Assembly (NCBI GenBank): GCA_963845145.1
Contig: CAWJQU010000005.1
Span: forward strand, 32,001-96,000
Length of the DNA stretch: 64,000 nt
Reading direction: 5' to 3'
DNA from: an uncultured delta proteobacterium
Lineage (GTDB): Bacteria > Desulfobacterota > Desulfobacteria > Desulfobacterales > QNYZ01
The notes under the pieces were generated by a model. That model saw nothing but the letters and a program-made list of their open reading frames with translations. It ran no database searches and was not told the DNA's origin. Each line of letters opens with the position of its first letter. Positions within the stretch are counted from its first letter, which is position 1. Shown here piece by piece: positions 40,995 through 51,793 of this stretch. Position numbers and translations under genes: made by a program.

Positions 40995-42521
40995 ATGAAC
41001 CATCTTGCCCCTTTATTGCAAATGCAAGGGATCTGTAAGCAATTCGGTTCCGTCAAAGCCAACGATTGCGCCGATTTATCCCTTTATCCCGGGGATATTC
41101 TCGGGCTTCTGGGTGAGAACGGCGCCGGCAAAACCACTTTGATGAATGTTTTGTTCGGTGTATATGCCGCCGATGCCGGACGTATTTTAGTCGACGGCAA
41201 GCCGGTTTCTATTCGCAACTCGGCCGACGCACTGGCGATGGGCGTGGGCATGGTCCATCAACACTTTCACGTGGTCGGGTGTCACACCGTGCTTGAAAAT
41301 TTGATGGTCGGGCAAAAAGGCTCCTTTGGGCGACTGGACCGCGCATCCATCTACCGACGTATGGACAAAATTGACCGGCGCTACGGGTTGCGATTAAATC
41401 CACAGACCCGTGTGGAAGACCTCACGATCGGTGAGCAACAACGTCTGGAAATTATCAAGGCGCTGAGCCAGGGTGCACGAATCCTCATCCTGGACGAGCC
41501 CACGTCTACCTTGACACCCCAGGAAGCAGAAGGGTTATTCGAAGCCCTGCGCGCCATGGCAGCCGGAAAAATGGGCGTCATATTTATCAGCCACAAGCTC
41601 AACGAGATACGAACCCTGACCAACCGGGTCGTGGTCATGCGTCGCGGCAAGGTCATCGCCCAGCGGGAAAACGATGCTGACATCAGCCGTAGAGCTTTGG
41701 CCGAACTGATGTGCGGCCAAACCCTCGAATCACCCCAAAAACCGACGGCCATCGTTCCAAGGACGGATCGGCCGTTGCTGTCACTTGAAAACGTAAACAC
41801 TGCGGGCGACACCAAGGCCCGCCTGAAGAATATTGAACTACATATTCACGGCGGCGAGATCGTCGGCATTGCCGGTGTGTCTGGAAACGGCCAACGCGAA
41901 TTGGCCGAAGTCATTGCCGGGGTGCGCATGCCGGCCTCAGGCCGCTTCAGCATTGATGGAAAACCCTTAAAACAGTTCTCGGTTCGAGAAGTGCAGGACC
42001 GCGGTGTTGGCCGCGTACCCGAAGACCGTACCGGGATCGGCCTTATAACGACCTTGCCCCTGGCCGACAATATGGTCATGCCGCGAATTCGGGAAAAGCG
42101 ATTCAGCCGATACGGTTTTTTAAAGCCCAAGGCCATTCGTGAATTCGTCACCACGCAAATCGAACGCTTTGCAATCAAAACCGACGGCATAACAATACGT
42201 ACCGGCACACTATCCGGGGGTAACCTTCAAAAGGCGCTGCTGGCACGGGAATTGGCCTGGGACCCACTCATTTTGCTGGTCGCCCAGCCCACACGGGGGC
42301 TCGATATCGCTGCGGCTCGTTTCGTCCACAGTCAATTTTTCCAATTACGTGCGCAAGGTCGGGCGCTCGTAGTGATCAGCGAGGACCTTGAAGAGCTCTT
42401 TCACCTTTCTGATCGTATCGCCGTGATGTTCGAAGGACGGATTATGGATACCCTTCCCATTGAAAAGGCGACCATTGGACGGGTCGGCATGTTAATGGCC
42501 GGCGTCAAGGAGGCCTTATGA
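40995..42521 (+). CDS. Nucleoside-type ABC transporter ATPase (two ABC domains)
   Basis: GENGAGKT, MVHQHF, LDEPT, GVSGNGQRE, LSGGNLQK, QPTRGLD. Confidence 0.92.
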   Translation: MNHLAPLLQMQGICKQFGSVKANDCADLSLYPGDILGLLGENGAGKTTLMNVLFGVYAADAGRILVDGKPVSIRNSADALAMGVGMVHQHFHVVGCHTVLENLMVGQKGSFGRLDRASIYRRMDKIDRRYGLRLNPQTRVEDLTIGEQQRLEIIKALSQGARILILDEPTSTLTPQEAEGLFEALRAMAAGKMGVIFISHKLNEIRTLTNRVVVMRRGKVIAQRENDADISRRALAELMCGQTLESPQKPTAIVPRTDRPLLSLENVNTAGDTKARLKNIELHIHGGEIVGIAGVSGNGQRELAEVIAGVRMPASGRFSIDGKPLKQFSVREVQDRGVGRVPEDRTGIGLITTLPLADNMVMPRIREKRFSRYGFLKPKAIREFVTTQIERFAIKTDGITIRTGTLSGGNLQKALLARELAWDPLILLVAQPTRGLDIAAARFVHSQFFQLRAQGRALVVISEDLEELFHLSDRIAVMFEGRIMDTLPIEKATIGRVGMLMAGVKEAL

Positions 42522-43582
42522 TCGGTCTTCGCCTGGAGCGCCGGGATCACACACCGGTGTGGCTGAACCTGTCACTGCCCCTTCTGGCGATTCTGGCGAC
42601 GTTGATCCTTTGCAGCGGATTAATCGCCATGGCCGGCGCCAATGTGTTTTCGGCCTACGCCACACTTTTTTCAAGCGCCCTGAGCTCCCGCTTTAACCTC
42701 GTTGAAACGCTGGTTAAAGCCACACCGCTGGTTTTCACCGGATTGGCCGTTACCGTCGCCTTTCGTGCCAAGTTCTGGAATATCGGTGCCGAGGGGCAAC
42801 TGCTGGCCGGGGCCATGGCGGCAGCGTTTATTGGGGGCCGTGAGTTTTTGCCTGCCTGGAGCCTGGTGCCCGGCATGATCATCGCAGGAAGTGTAGCCGG
42901 TGGCATCTGGGCCTTAATTCCCGCCTTTTTAAAAACCCGTTTTAAAGTGGACGACGTGGTCACCACCCTTTTATTAAATTTTATTATCTTCTATGGCATG
43001 ATGGCCCTATTGGACGGGCCCTGGAAAGATCCGTTAAGCGGCTACCCGGATTCGCCGGATATTCGCATGGAGGCCGAGTTTCCCATTCTTCTTAAAGCGA
43101 CCCGCTTACATTTGGGCGTATTGCTGGCCGCCATGGCCGCTTTTCTGGCCTGGGTGCTGATGAGCCATACCACGGTGGGCTTTGCCATCAAGGCCGTTGG
43201 CGAAAATGCCACGGCTGCCCACTATGCCGGTTTTAGTATTACCGGTGTCATGATGACCACGGCCCTGGTATCCGGCGCCCTGGCCGGCCTTGCCGGTGTC
43301 AGTGAGGTGGCCGGCATCCATTTTCAGGTCATGGCAGGACTGTCTCCCGGATATGGATATACCGGTATCGTCATTGCCATGCTGGCCCGGCTGAACCCGG
43401 TGGGTGTGATTCCGGCGGCGGTCTTTTTTGCGGTAATCATTACCGGTGCCGAAGCCATGTCGCGGGCTACCGGCGTGCCCGTGTTTTTAGCGGATGTTAT
43501 TCAAGGAACAGCCCTTGTCACCATGCTGGTAGGGCTTCTGTTCAACCAATATCGGCTACGCTGGACGAAAGGATCGGCATGA
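42518..43582 (+). CDS. Nucleoside-type ABC permease
   Basis: NIGAEGQ, GYGYTGIVIAMLARLNP and TM helices. Confidence 0.9.
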   Translation: MIGLRLERRDHTPVWLNLSLPLLAILATLILCSGLIAMAGANVFSAYATLFSSALSSRFNLVETLVKATPLVFTGLAVTVAFRAKFWNIGAEGQLLAGAMAAAFIGGREFLPAWSLVPGMIIAGSVAGGIWALIPAFLKTRFKVDDVVTTLLLNFIIFYGMMALLDGPWKDPLSGYPDSPDIRMEAEFPILLKATRLHLGVLLAAMAAFLAWVLMSHTTVGFAIKAVGENATAAHYAGFSITGVMMTTALVSGALAGLAGVSEVAGIHFQVMAGLSPGYGYTGIVIAMLARLNPVGVIPAAVFFAVIITGAEAMSRATGVPVFLADVIQGTALVTMLVGLLFNQYRLRWTKGSA

Positions 43583-44523
43583 ACGAAATTTTCGCCCAGG
43601 TTTTTCAAATCGGCTTTTTCACGGCCTTGATTCGTATTGCCACACCCTTGATGTTCGGCACCCTGGGGGAACTGTTTGCCGAGCGGGCCGGGGTTCTAAA
43701 CCTCGGTATCGAAGGGATCATGATGCTATCCGCTATGACCGGATTTTCCGCCACCTATTTCAGCGGCAGCCTCTGGCTCGGCGTTTTGGCAGCCATATGC
43801 ACCGGCATGTTGGCAGGGCTGTTGATGGGGGTCCTGACGGTTAGCCTCGGCCTTAGCCAGCACGTATCGGGAATCGGAACAACCTTATTATGCTCCGGGC
43901 TCTCTTTTTTCTTTTATCGGTTGATATTCGGACAACCGTCATCAATTCCAAAAATCAAGGCCTTTGAAACCGTCCCGCTTCCCATTTTATCATCCCTTCC
44001 CGTGATCGGACCGATTTTTTTCGATCAGTTCGCCCTGGTTTATTTAGCCATGGCCATTGTTCCGATCAGCGCTTTTATCCTTTTTCACACGCCCTGGGGT
44101 TTGAACCTTCGCACGGTGGGCGAGAATCCCAATGCTGCCGATACCGCCGGGGTCAATGTACATGCGATGCGCTTTCAGGCGCTGTTGATCTCCGGGGCGC
44201 TGATGGGCCTGGCCGGGGCTTTTCTATCCATGGCCCAATACAACGCCTATACGTTTGGGGTTATCTCCGGTCGTGGCTGGGTCTGTATTGCTTTGGTTGT
44301 TTTCGGCCAATGGAGCCCGTGGAAAAGTGCCGGCGGCGCGCTATTGTTCGCGTTTATCGATGCCCTGCAGCTTCGTTTGCAGGCCGGCAGCCTCATTGAT
44401 GTGCCCTACCAGGTATTCCTGATGATGCCTTTTGTCCTCACCATCGTTGGCATGGCCATGGTTTCCCGGAATGCCCGGGCACCGGCTGCCCTATTAAAAC
44501 CGTTTAGAAAGGAGGAACGCTGA
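43579..44523 (+). CDS. Nucleoside-type ABC permease
   Basis: ERAGVLNLGIEG, VGENP.AA, GRGWVCIALVVFG.W.P. Confidence 0.9.
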   Translation: MNEIFAQVFQIGFFTALIRIATPLMFGTLGELFAERAGVLNLGIEGIMMLSAMTGFSATYFSGSLWLGVLAAICTGMLAGLLMGVLTVSLGLSQHVSGIGTTLLCSGLSFFFYRLIFGQPSSIPKIKAFETVPLPILSSLPVIGPIFFDQFALVYLAMAIVPISAFILFHTPWGLNLRTVGENPNAADTAGVNVHAMRFQALLISGALMGLAGAFLSMAQYNAYTFGVISGRGWVCIALVVFGQWSPWKSAGGALLFAFIDALQLRLQAGSLIDVPYQVFLMMPFVLTIVGMAMVSRNARAPAALLKPFRKEER

Positions 44524-45818
44524 TGATCGATCTCATTGTTCGCGGCGTCAATCTTCCCGATGGTCGAAAAAACTGTGACATCGCCATGGCAAACGGGCGG
44601 ATCGAATCTGTTGCGCCGAATATTGACACCCCGGCTAAAAATGAAATCGACGCGAGAGGGCGCCTGGCCACGCCGCCTTTTGTGGACAGCCACTTTCATC
44701 TGGATGCCGCCTTAACTTACGGGCAACCGCGAATCAACCAAAGCGGCACTTTACTCGAGGGAATCGCCCTGTGGGGCGAATTAAAACCCCATCTCACAAT
44801 CGAAGCCATCAAAGCCCGCGCCGAAAAACTCTGCCGGTGGGCCATTGCCCGGGGAACCCTTGCCATCCGTAGCCATGTGGATATTGGTGATGACCGCCTT
44901 CTGGCCGTTCAGGCCCTTTTGGAAGTACGCCAACAGTTCAAGCCGTACCTGGATATCCAGTTGGTGGCCTTTCCCCAGGACGGTTATTTCCGGGACCGCC
45001 GCGCCAAAAAAAACCTGGTCCGTGCTTTGGATATGGGGGTCGATGTCGTGGGTGGCATTCCTCATTTTGAGGCCTCCATGGCCGAAGGCGCCCGGTCGGT
45101 GACGGCCCTGTGCGAACTGGCCGCCGATCGCCGCCTGCCGGTGGACATGCACTGCGATGAAAGTGATGACCCCCTCTCACGTCATATAGAAACCCTGACC
45201 TTCGAGACCCGGCGCCTGGGCCTGGCCGGTCGGGTCACCGGCTCGCACCTGACCTCCATGCATGGCATGGATAATGACTACGTCAGCAAATTGCTGCCGT
45301 TGATGCAAGAAGCCGGGATTCATGCCGTAGCCAATCCATTGGTCAATATCACCCTGCAAGGTCGTCACGACACCTACCCGAAACGACGGGGAATGACCCG
45401 TGTCAAGGAGATGCTGGCGGCAGGTATCAATGTCTCTTTCGGCCATGATTGCGTGATGGATCCCTGGTATAGCCTTGGCTCCCACGACATGCTGGAAGTG
45501 GCACACATGGGGTTGCATGTGGCCCAAATGACCGGCACGGCAGAAATGAAACAGATATTTGACGCCATCACGTGCAATGGCGCCCGGACTTTGGGGTTGA
45601 AAAACTATGGACTTGAAACGGGCTGTCACGCCGACCTGGTTATCCTGCAGGCGGCAGATATTCATGAGGCCTTGCGATTGAAACCGGCGCGGTTGTTCGT
45701 TATTCGGCGGGGCGAGATCGTTTCGAGGACACAGCCGACAACGGCCGAGCTGCGTTTAGGTAAAAAGGCATTTAAGGTAGATTTTAGCCACTCTTCGGGC
45801 GAACAGGACTCCCTATAA
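44523..45818 (+). CDS. codA: CodA-type cytosine deaminase family amidohydrolase
   Basis: DSHFHLD, NQSGTLLEGI..W, AFPQ, GGIPHFE, HCDE, GSH, GHDCVMDPWY. Confidence 0.85.
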   Translation: MIDLIVRGVNLPDGRKNCDIAMANGRIESVAPNIDTPAKNEIDARGRLATPPFVDSHFHLDAALTYGQPRINQSGTLLEGIALWGELKPHLTIEAIKARAEKLCRWAIARGTLAIRSHVDIGDDRLLAVQALLEVRQQFKPYLDIQLVAFPQDGYFRDRRAKKNLVRALDMGVDVVGGIPHFEASMAEGARSVTALCELAADRRLPVDMHCDESDDPLSRHIETLTFETRRLGLAGRVTGSHLTSMHGMDNDYVSKLLPLMQEAGIHAVANPLVNITLQGRHDTYPKRRGMTRVKEMLAAGINVSFGHDCVMDPWYSLGSHDMLEVAHMGLHVAQMTGTAEMKQIFDAITCNGARTLGLKNYGLETGCHADLVILQAADIHEALRLKPARLFVIRRGEIVSRTQPTTAELRLGKKAFKVDFSHSSGEQDSL

Positions 45819-45912
45819 CAAACGGGTTGTGTGTCCCTTTCGTTGGCCGGCACGATTCCGCTACCAAGCCTGCATAGCAACACCCGGCACTTTCACATTA
45901 TCGACAGATTCC

Positions 45913-47148
45913 TCACTCTGCTGCGGGCCCTTTAACAATCGAACTTGGAATTATAAAAACAAACGTACTGCCCACCCCCTCCCCGTTGCTTTCGGCCCAC
46001 AAATGCCCGCCATGCAATTCAACGATTTGCCTGGAGAGGTATAGTCCCAAACCGGTCCCCCTATATTTAGTATTGATAGCGGGATTTGCCCGCTCGAAGG
46101 CGCCAAAGATACGTTCGAGATCGTCAGGTACTATTCCAACGCCATTGTCACTTATCGAAATACGAATAAATCCGGCCTTACTTTTTTCATCAACATCTTG
46201 ATCGGGTTCAGCCCTGAGCTGGATCTCACCCCCTTCCGGTGAAAACTTAACCGCATTGGCCAGCAAGTTGTAGAGGACTTGCTTCAGCTTGCGTTCATCG
46301 GCGCGGATCGTCTGCGGAATATCCCCGATTTCCGCAGTGACCTTGATCCCTTGTTGTACGGCCTGCTCTTGGATGATATTTAGGCTGTCCCTTAGAAAAA
46401 CCTCAAGATCGATCTCTGAAAGCGTTAAATCCATTTTGCCGGATTCCACCTTGGCAATATTCAATATATCGCTGATGAGGGATAGCAGGTGATGACCACT
46501 GTTTAAAATATCATTTAGATACTCCTCCTGGGTATCGTTTAGCTCACCAAAATGTTTATCCACCAGAATTTCGGAAAACCCGATGATGTGATTCAAAGGG
46601 GTTCTTAACTCATGACTCATATTCGCTAAAAACTGGCTTTTAGCCTCATTGGCCGCCTCGGCCGCCTGCTTGGCCCGAATTAGCTGCTCGGTAATCTCTT
46701 TGCGCTCCTCGGCCTCTTGGGCCATCAATAGATTTTTCGCTTCGATCTCTTTTTTCATGGTATCCAATGAGAGATGCGTCGCCACCCGGGCCAGGACCTC
46801 TTCCGCCTGATACGGCTTGGTGATGTAGTCCACAGCACCCATGGAGAACGCTTTCACCACGTCGTCTAAGGTTCCCGAGGCGCTGAGAAATATAATCGGG
46901 ACGTCCAAGGATGGCGCCTCCTTTTTCAAGCGACGACACACCTGAAACCCATTCAGTTTCGGCATGCCTATATCCAGCAGAATTAAATCGGGTGCTTCCG
47001 CCCGGATGCTGGCCAAGGCCGCCTCGCCATCTATAGCGGGACGCACATTGAACCCTTCCCGGCTCAGAATTTCGACAATCAGACGCAAATCATTCAGTGA
47101 ATCGTCAGCAACCAATATGTCAGTATTTTTTTTGGCGTCTGTACGCAT
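45913..47148 (-). CDS. Cytoplasmic REC-HisKA-HATPase hybrid (response regulator kinase)
   Basis: N-terminal ADD..LLDIGMP..DYITKP, then SHELRTPLN, NAVKF, DNGVGI, GTGLGL. Confidence 0.92.
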   Translation of the reverse strand: MRTDAKKNTDILVADDSLNDLRLIVEILSREGFNVRPAIDGEAALASIRAEAPDLILLDIGMPKLNGFQVCRRLKKEAPSLDVPIIFLSASGTLDDVVKAFSMGAVDYITKPYQAEEVLARVATHLSLDTMKKEIEAKNLLMAQEAEERKEITEQLIRAKQAAEAANEAKSQFLANMSHELRTPLNHIIGFSEILVDKHFGELNDTQEEYLNDILNSGHHLLSLISDILNIAKVESGKMDLTLSEIDLEVFLRDSLNIIQEQAVQQGIKVTAEIGDIPQTIRADERKLKQVLYNLLANAVKFSPEGGEIQLRAEPDQDVDEKSKAGFIRISISDNGVGIVPDDLERIFGAFERANPAINTKYRGTGLGLYLSRQIVELHGGHLWAESNGEGVGSTFVFIIPSSIVKGPAAE

Positions 47149-47291
47149 TGTATTGCACCCCTTTCATGTTCATTATCACAGGAAATTGTTCACCCATGCC
47201 TGTTAAAATTGTTTCCCTCAATCGGCAGCGACCCGCTGGAACACCGGTTATGACCCATTGTATCTAAAAATACGGCACCCATATTCTATTT

Positions 47292-50087
47292 TCATTCGCC
47301 GAACCTGTTTTTTCGAATCATCGCCACAATGGTTTGATAGTCGAAACGAGCAGCCAGTAAAGCCAAAGTCTCAGCTGTATCCTGATCATGGCGACGAACC
47401 TGTTCGATGAACTCAACCATTTTATTCATGTCGGTCCGAATACAGGCGGCTTCTATTCTATCGAGCAAATCGATTGGAATCGAGGCTAAATCAAGACCCG
47501 GCGTATCCGTTTTCTGTTGTTTTCGCCGGCCTTCCTCCCCCGAATCATCGTAAACCCATTTAATATCCAGGTGCCTATCCATCATCTCCAGCAGATCCTT
47601 TTCTCGAATGGGTTTGCGCATAAAGTCATCGCATCCGGCGTCAAGGATTCTGGCCCGCTCCTCTTCAAAACTACTGGCGGTCAGCGCCAGAATTTTTATG
47701 GTATCTCCGCCCAGACTCTCCTTGATTCGTTTTGTGGCCTCATAGCCGCTCATCACCGGCATACGCATATCCATCCAGATTAGGTGCGGAGCGAACGCCT
47801 TCCATTTTTCGATAGCCTCTTTACCGTTATTCGCCTCGCGCAATTCAAACCCCAACGGCTCCAAAAGATCCAACATGAGTTTGCGGCTGTCTGCGATGTC
47901 ATCCACCACCAGAATGCGATATGCGGGCTGTCCCGGTGCCATGCCGATGATGCGCCGATCGTCAAGTTCGGTATCCCCCGCGGGCGCTTCGACCACGTCC
48001 ATGGGTATCTCAAATGCAAAGGTCGATCCCTTGCCCGGTCGGCTATCAACGGTGATCTCTCCACCCAAAAGGGTCACAAACTGTTTGCTGATGGCCAGCC
48101 CCAGTCCCGTACCCTCCTGCCGGGCCCGGCCGGAATGGGTCTGGGCAAAGGCATCAAACAAGACGCCCTGCTCTTCCGGAGCGATCCCCACACCGGTATC
48201 GCTGATTTCAAATAAAAGTCTGACCCGGGTCGCATCAGCCCCAGCGTTCTCCAAGGCTCGAATATCCGCCCGGACGGTCACCTCTCCCTCTTCGGTAAAC
48301 TTAACGGCATTGCTTACCAGGTTGACCAATACCTGGCGGAGCTTAACCGCATCGGTTGATACGGCCCGGGGTAGATTGGAGCCAAGTTCAAACGTCAATC
48401 CCAGATTTTTCTCCCTTGCTTTGAGGGAAAACATATCCTTGATCCCATTCAGCAAGCCCAGCAAATCACACGGATCGGTCTCGACGCTGATCCGCCCGGC
48501 TTCGATGCGGGAGAGTTCCAACACATCATTGATCAGGGTCAGCAGATGCTCACCGCTGCGGTGAACGATTGAGAGCCTCTCCTGCTGCAATGAAGATAGC
48601 ACATCATTACCGGTGTCTACGTCGCGCAGCATAAGATTGGAAAACCCGAGCATCGTATTCAAAGGAGACCGTAATTCATGACTTATACTTGCCAGAAAGG
48701 TACTCTTGGCCTGGTTGGCCCCTTCAGCTTCTTTGCTGGTTTGTCGTAACTTTTCCTCGGTGCGTTTGAGTTTTATAATCGACCAAACACTTTCCGCCAA
48801 CAATGACAGCCGGTCGATATCGACTTGATCATAATCGCTCTTTTTATTCCCCACACCGATAATGGCGACAATTTTACCATCATCTATCACGGGCACTCCC
48901 AGGTCGCGCATCACAGCGACATGCCCCTCGGGCAGGCCTTTCTTGTGGGGCAGGCTCTTATAGTCATTGTGGAAAACCGGTTTTCTTTGATGGACACAAT
49001 CAATCCACACCCCGGCCTGCTCAATGGAATAATGCAAACCTTTTTCACCTGCGGTACAATGCCTTAGTGTATTTTTTGACCAGGTTTGAAGTAAAATATC
49101 TTTTTCGTCCGCGTCAACAAAATGGAAATATCCAATTTGGCTGCTGGTTGCTTTTTCGGCTTCCTCCAGGGCATGCTGAATCACTTCATCAATACCATGG
49201 CGTCCGACTATTTTCAGGAGGTGCAGCGCTGATCCCATCACCTTTTCAGCCTGTATCCGCTGTGCTATTTCTATTTTCAAATGCTCATTAGCGGATTCCA
49301 GCTCTGTTGTGCGTTCTTTTATTTTATGGTTATACTTATCCCGGGCAATGATGGTAGCCTTCAAACGATCCACCATCCGGTCTATTGCCCGGGACAAATC
49401 GCCGAGCTCATTCGATTGAGTATTGCCGACACGATGGTTTAAGTTTCCCGAAGCAATAATATCGGTTCCTTTGTGCAGAGCCGAAAGCGGGCGCACAATA
49501 CTTTTGACCAGAAAAAAAACCCACAATCCAAAAAAGACGGCCACAACGCCTGTAAGGATAATCGCCGTCAATTCCAGACGATTAAGGTAACCCAACAGTC
49601 TTGAACCTTTCATTTTTCCGATAAGGACAGTATCCGAAATGATATTCTGGGATGTAAGAGACATCTGCCCCATAATTCTGAGTTTAAGTTCCTGCACTAC
49701 TTCCAGGTCAATACCAGGAGAGCTTTCGGGATTAAGAAGAGTTGTCAGTCTCAAAAATAATGGCAATAACCTGTCATTATTTTTAAATAGGGCCCGTATT
49801 TTTATTTGTACTTCCATATTCTCGGAATGGAGATCCTTTAGCCGCTGGCCAAGTGAATCGTATGCCATTTGCCATTGTTTCCTTGCTCGTATTTCTAGAG
49901 GATGCAAGGCAACTTCCTGTGTAAGAGTGGATAGCCGGAAAGCAGTTTGAACCAACCCTTGCAAGGTCTTCTGTTCATCCAATATCAGTTGGGATTCACG
50001 ACTTGTCCACATCGATACTACGCAGAATATTAAACCCAATACAATTGGAAAGATTGCAATATAATTCAATTTTTGGGTAATTTTCAT
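47292..50087 (-). CDS. Membrane hybrid histidine kinase (2TM-HAMP-GAF-HisKA-HATPase-REC-helical tail)
   Basis: Two TM helices, HAMP (NELGDLSRAIDRM), GAF (LPEGH..LGVPV), SHELRSPLN, GTGLGL, WMDMRMP. Start uncertain between 50087 and 50126. Confidence 0.92.
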   Translation of the reverse strand: MKITQKLNYIAIFPIVLGLIFCVVSMWTSRESQLILDEQKTLQGLVQTAFRLSTLTQEVALHPLEIRARKQWQMAYDSLGQRLKDLHSENMEVQIKIRALFKNNDRLLPLFLRLTTLLNPESSPGIDLEVVQELKLRIMGQMSLTSQNIISDTVLIGKMKGSRLLGYLNRLELTAIILTGVVAVFFGLWVFFLVKSIVRPLSALHKGTDIIASGNLNHRVGNTQSNELGDLSRAIDRMVDRLKATIIARDKYNHKIKERTTELESANEHLKIEIAQRIQAEKVMGSALHLLKIVGRHGIDEVIQHALEEAEKATSSQIGYFHFVDADEKDILLQTWSKNTLRHCTAGEKGLHYSIEQAGVWIDCVHQRKPVFHNDYKSLPHKKGLPEGHVAVMRDLGVPVIDDGKIVAIIGVGNKKSDYDQVDIDRLSLLAESVWSIIKLKRTEEKLRQTSKEAEGANQAKSTFLASISHELRSPLNTMLGFSNLMLRDVDTGNDVLSSLQQERLSIVHRSGEHLLTLINDVLELSRIEAGRISVETDPCDLLGLLNGIKDMFSLKAREKNLGLTFELGSNLPRAVSTDAVKLRQVLVNLVSNAVKFTEEGEVTVRADIRALENAGADATRVRLLFEISDTGVGIAPEEQGVLFDAFAQTHSGRARQEGTGLGLAISKQFVTLLGGEITVDSRPGKGSTFAFEIPMDVVEAPAGDTELDDRRIIGMAPGQPAYRILVVDDIADSRKLMLDLLEPLGFELREANNGKEAIEKWKAFAPHLIWMDMRMPVMSGYEATKRIKESLGGDTIKILALTASSFEEERARILDAGCDDFMRKPIREKDLLEMMDRHLDIKWVYDDSGEEGRRKQQKTDTPGLDLASIPIDLLDRIEAACIRTDMNKMVEFIEQVRRHDQDTAETLALLAARFDYQTIVAMIRKNRFGE

Positions 50088-50165
50088 GGTCATCCCCATC
50101 TTGACCGGATCCGCTTGTTCATACAAAGTTTACGGGTATAAAATGCCTCAACACAGAAAATTAAT

Positions 50166-51233
50166 TCACTGAATAATCGAAACTGCCTCAGGCTTCATTT
50201 GCTTGAGTGCATCAAAAAATATCAACTCCAAATAGTTGGGAACGGCAGTCTTTGTGGTAAGGCCTGCCCGGATGGCCCAGCGCGCCTGATCTTCCAGAAG
50301 CAGCAGAAGGGACTGCTCCAGGGCAATTCGAAATTGAATTTGGGGCCAAATCCCCGATAAAGCCTTAGTTGCAACGCCCAATCGATCAGCCACAATGGCC
50401 ATCGTCTCTTTGGGGTGTTTTCGGGTAAATTCTTCGGCCTGCAACATGGCGCGGAGTAGTTTCTTTATTGCCAAGGAATTTTTATCTACAAGTTTTTGGG
50501 ATACCAAAAGGACCTCTACTTGTTCATAAATCCCCGGAGCAGCGAATATAACGGCATTCTCTCCCAACATTTCTTTGGCCTGGCTGATATATGGCTCTCG
50601 CATGGAAAACGCGTCTATTTCGCTGTCTCTCAGTGACGAAGGCAATGACTCGGCCCTCATAAATGAAAGCTTTACATTATTTTCTGAAAGACTGTTTTCA
50701 ATCAAAAAAAGGTGCAAAAAAAAATGAACCGCTGAAGCCTTTTGGGTGGCGACTCGTTTACCTGCCAAATCCAAAGGTTCCGAGATCCCGGCATCCTTTC
50801 GTGCAATGACCCGGTTAAGATTTGAAGCCGTAAATGTTGACGCAATAATCCGAAAATTGGAATGATCCAGGCCAGCGAAAACAATGGGCGTGTCGCTGCA
50901 GGTTATTATATCGGCACGCCCTGTAAGAAAGGCTTCATTCATTGCGCGTTTTCCACTGGGATACTCTTGAACTTCAAGCCTCAGACCATTTTTCGCAAAT
51001 AGTCCTTTCCGGAGTGCGACAAATACCAGTGCATTGGATGGTTGCACTGCCAAACCCAGTCGCAAAACAACATCCGTCTCCCCGGTGGCATCAAGTGTCT
51101 GCTGCTTTTTTTTCAAAAAAAATAATCCAACAACCAGGGAAATCCCAATCAGACCAGCCAACAACCAGATAATATTTCTTCGCTTTAAGATTTTTTCCAA
51201 AGGAAGCTTGGATTGTTGGTTGTTTATTTTCAT
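50166..51233 (-). CDS. NrtA/SsuA/NMT1-type periplasmic substrate-binding protein, no cognate transporter nearby
   Basis: N-terminal TM anchor, KGLFAKNGL, DLAGKRVAT, IDAFSMREPY, PNYLELIFFDAL. Confidence 0.85.
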   Translation of the reverse strand: MKINNQQSKLPLEKILKRRNIIWLLAGLIGISLVVGLFFLKKKQQTLDATGETDVVLRLGLAVQPSNALVFVALRKGLFAKNGLRLEVQEYPSGKRAMNEAFLTGRADIITCSDTPIVFAGLDHSNFRIIASTFTASNLNRVIARKDAGISEPLDLAGKRVATQKASAVHFFLHLFLIENSLSENNVKLSFMRAESLPSSLRDSEIDAFSMREPYISQAKEMLGENAVIFAAPGIYEQVEVLLVSQKLVDKNSLAIKKLLRAMLQAEEFTRKHPKETMAIVADRLGVATKALSGIWPQIQFRIALEQSLLLLLEDQARWAIRAGLTTKTAVPNYLELIFFDALKQMKPEAVSIIQ

Positions 51234-51643
51234 CCTTTTTGCTCCTCAACCAAGCGAATGGCCTCTTGGGTTAATTTTAGGATCTGGGGATACTCATACC
51301 GTTCGGCAAGAAGCGCCAAGGCCACGGCCATGGTTGCATCCAGTTCTTTAACCTCTTGAATCACATCATTCACTTCAGCCATGCTTGCTTTAATGATCAA
51401 TTCCAATTGCCTTCCTGCGATTCCACCCGTCTCGTTAATTTGTTCTATGGCAAGTATAGCGCCATTTCTGGCATGTACGCCCCAGTTCGAGGCGGTTCCC
51501 GACAGTGTCGTGGTTAGTCCGATTTTAATAGATTCCCGACGATTGAAGTATCCGTTGGTGCTAAAAACTAAAAAAACAATCAACAAAAGAACCACAACAA
51601 TCGGAATAATTATTCGTTGATTGTGTTTTATATATTTTTTCAT
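51230..51643 (-). pseudogene. Internally deleted gene: LivK-like binding-protein N-terminus fused to a hybrid-kinase C-terminal tail
   Basis: IKIGLTTTLSG..G..ARNGAILAIEQINETGGIAGRQLELIIK, then abruptly ASMAEVNDVIQEV..LALLAERYEYPQI, which matches the tails of neighbouring kinases. Confidence 0.75.
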
Positions 51644-51793
51644 TCGACTCTAACTCGCCTTATTAGAGAACAACGGGTCTGGTTACGTAACTATTGATAC
51701 GATTGATGGCACGTCCCTATTTTGCCCTCCAGGAAATTTTTCATATGTATAATAAAGTCCCTGAATACTCAGATAACGGTTGCGTTCAATATT

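Noticed and set aside
51644..51793. Possible IS end or attC-like sequence between kinase genes
   Set aside because: No paired terminal repeats, target duplication or transposase fragment could be identified.
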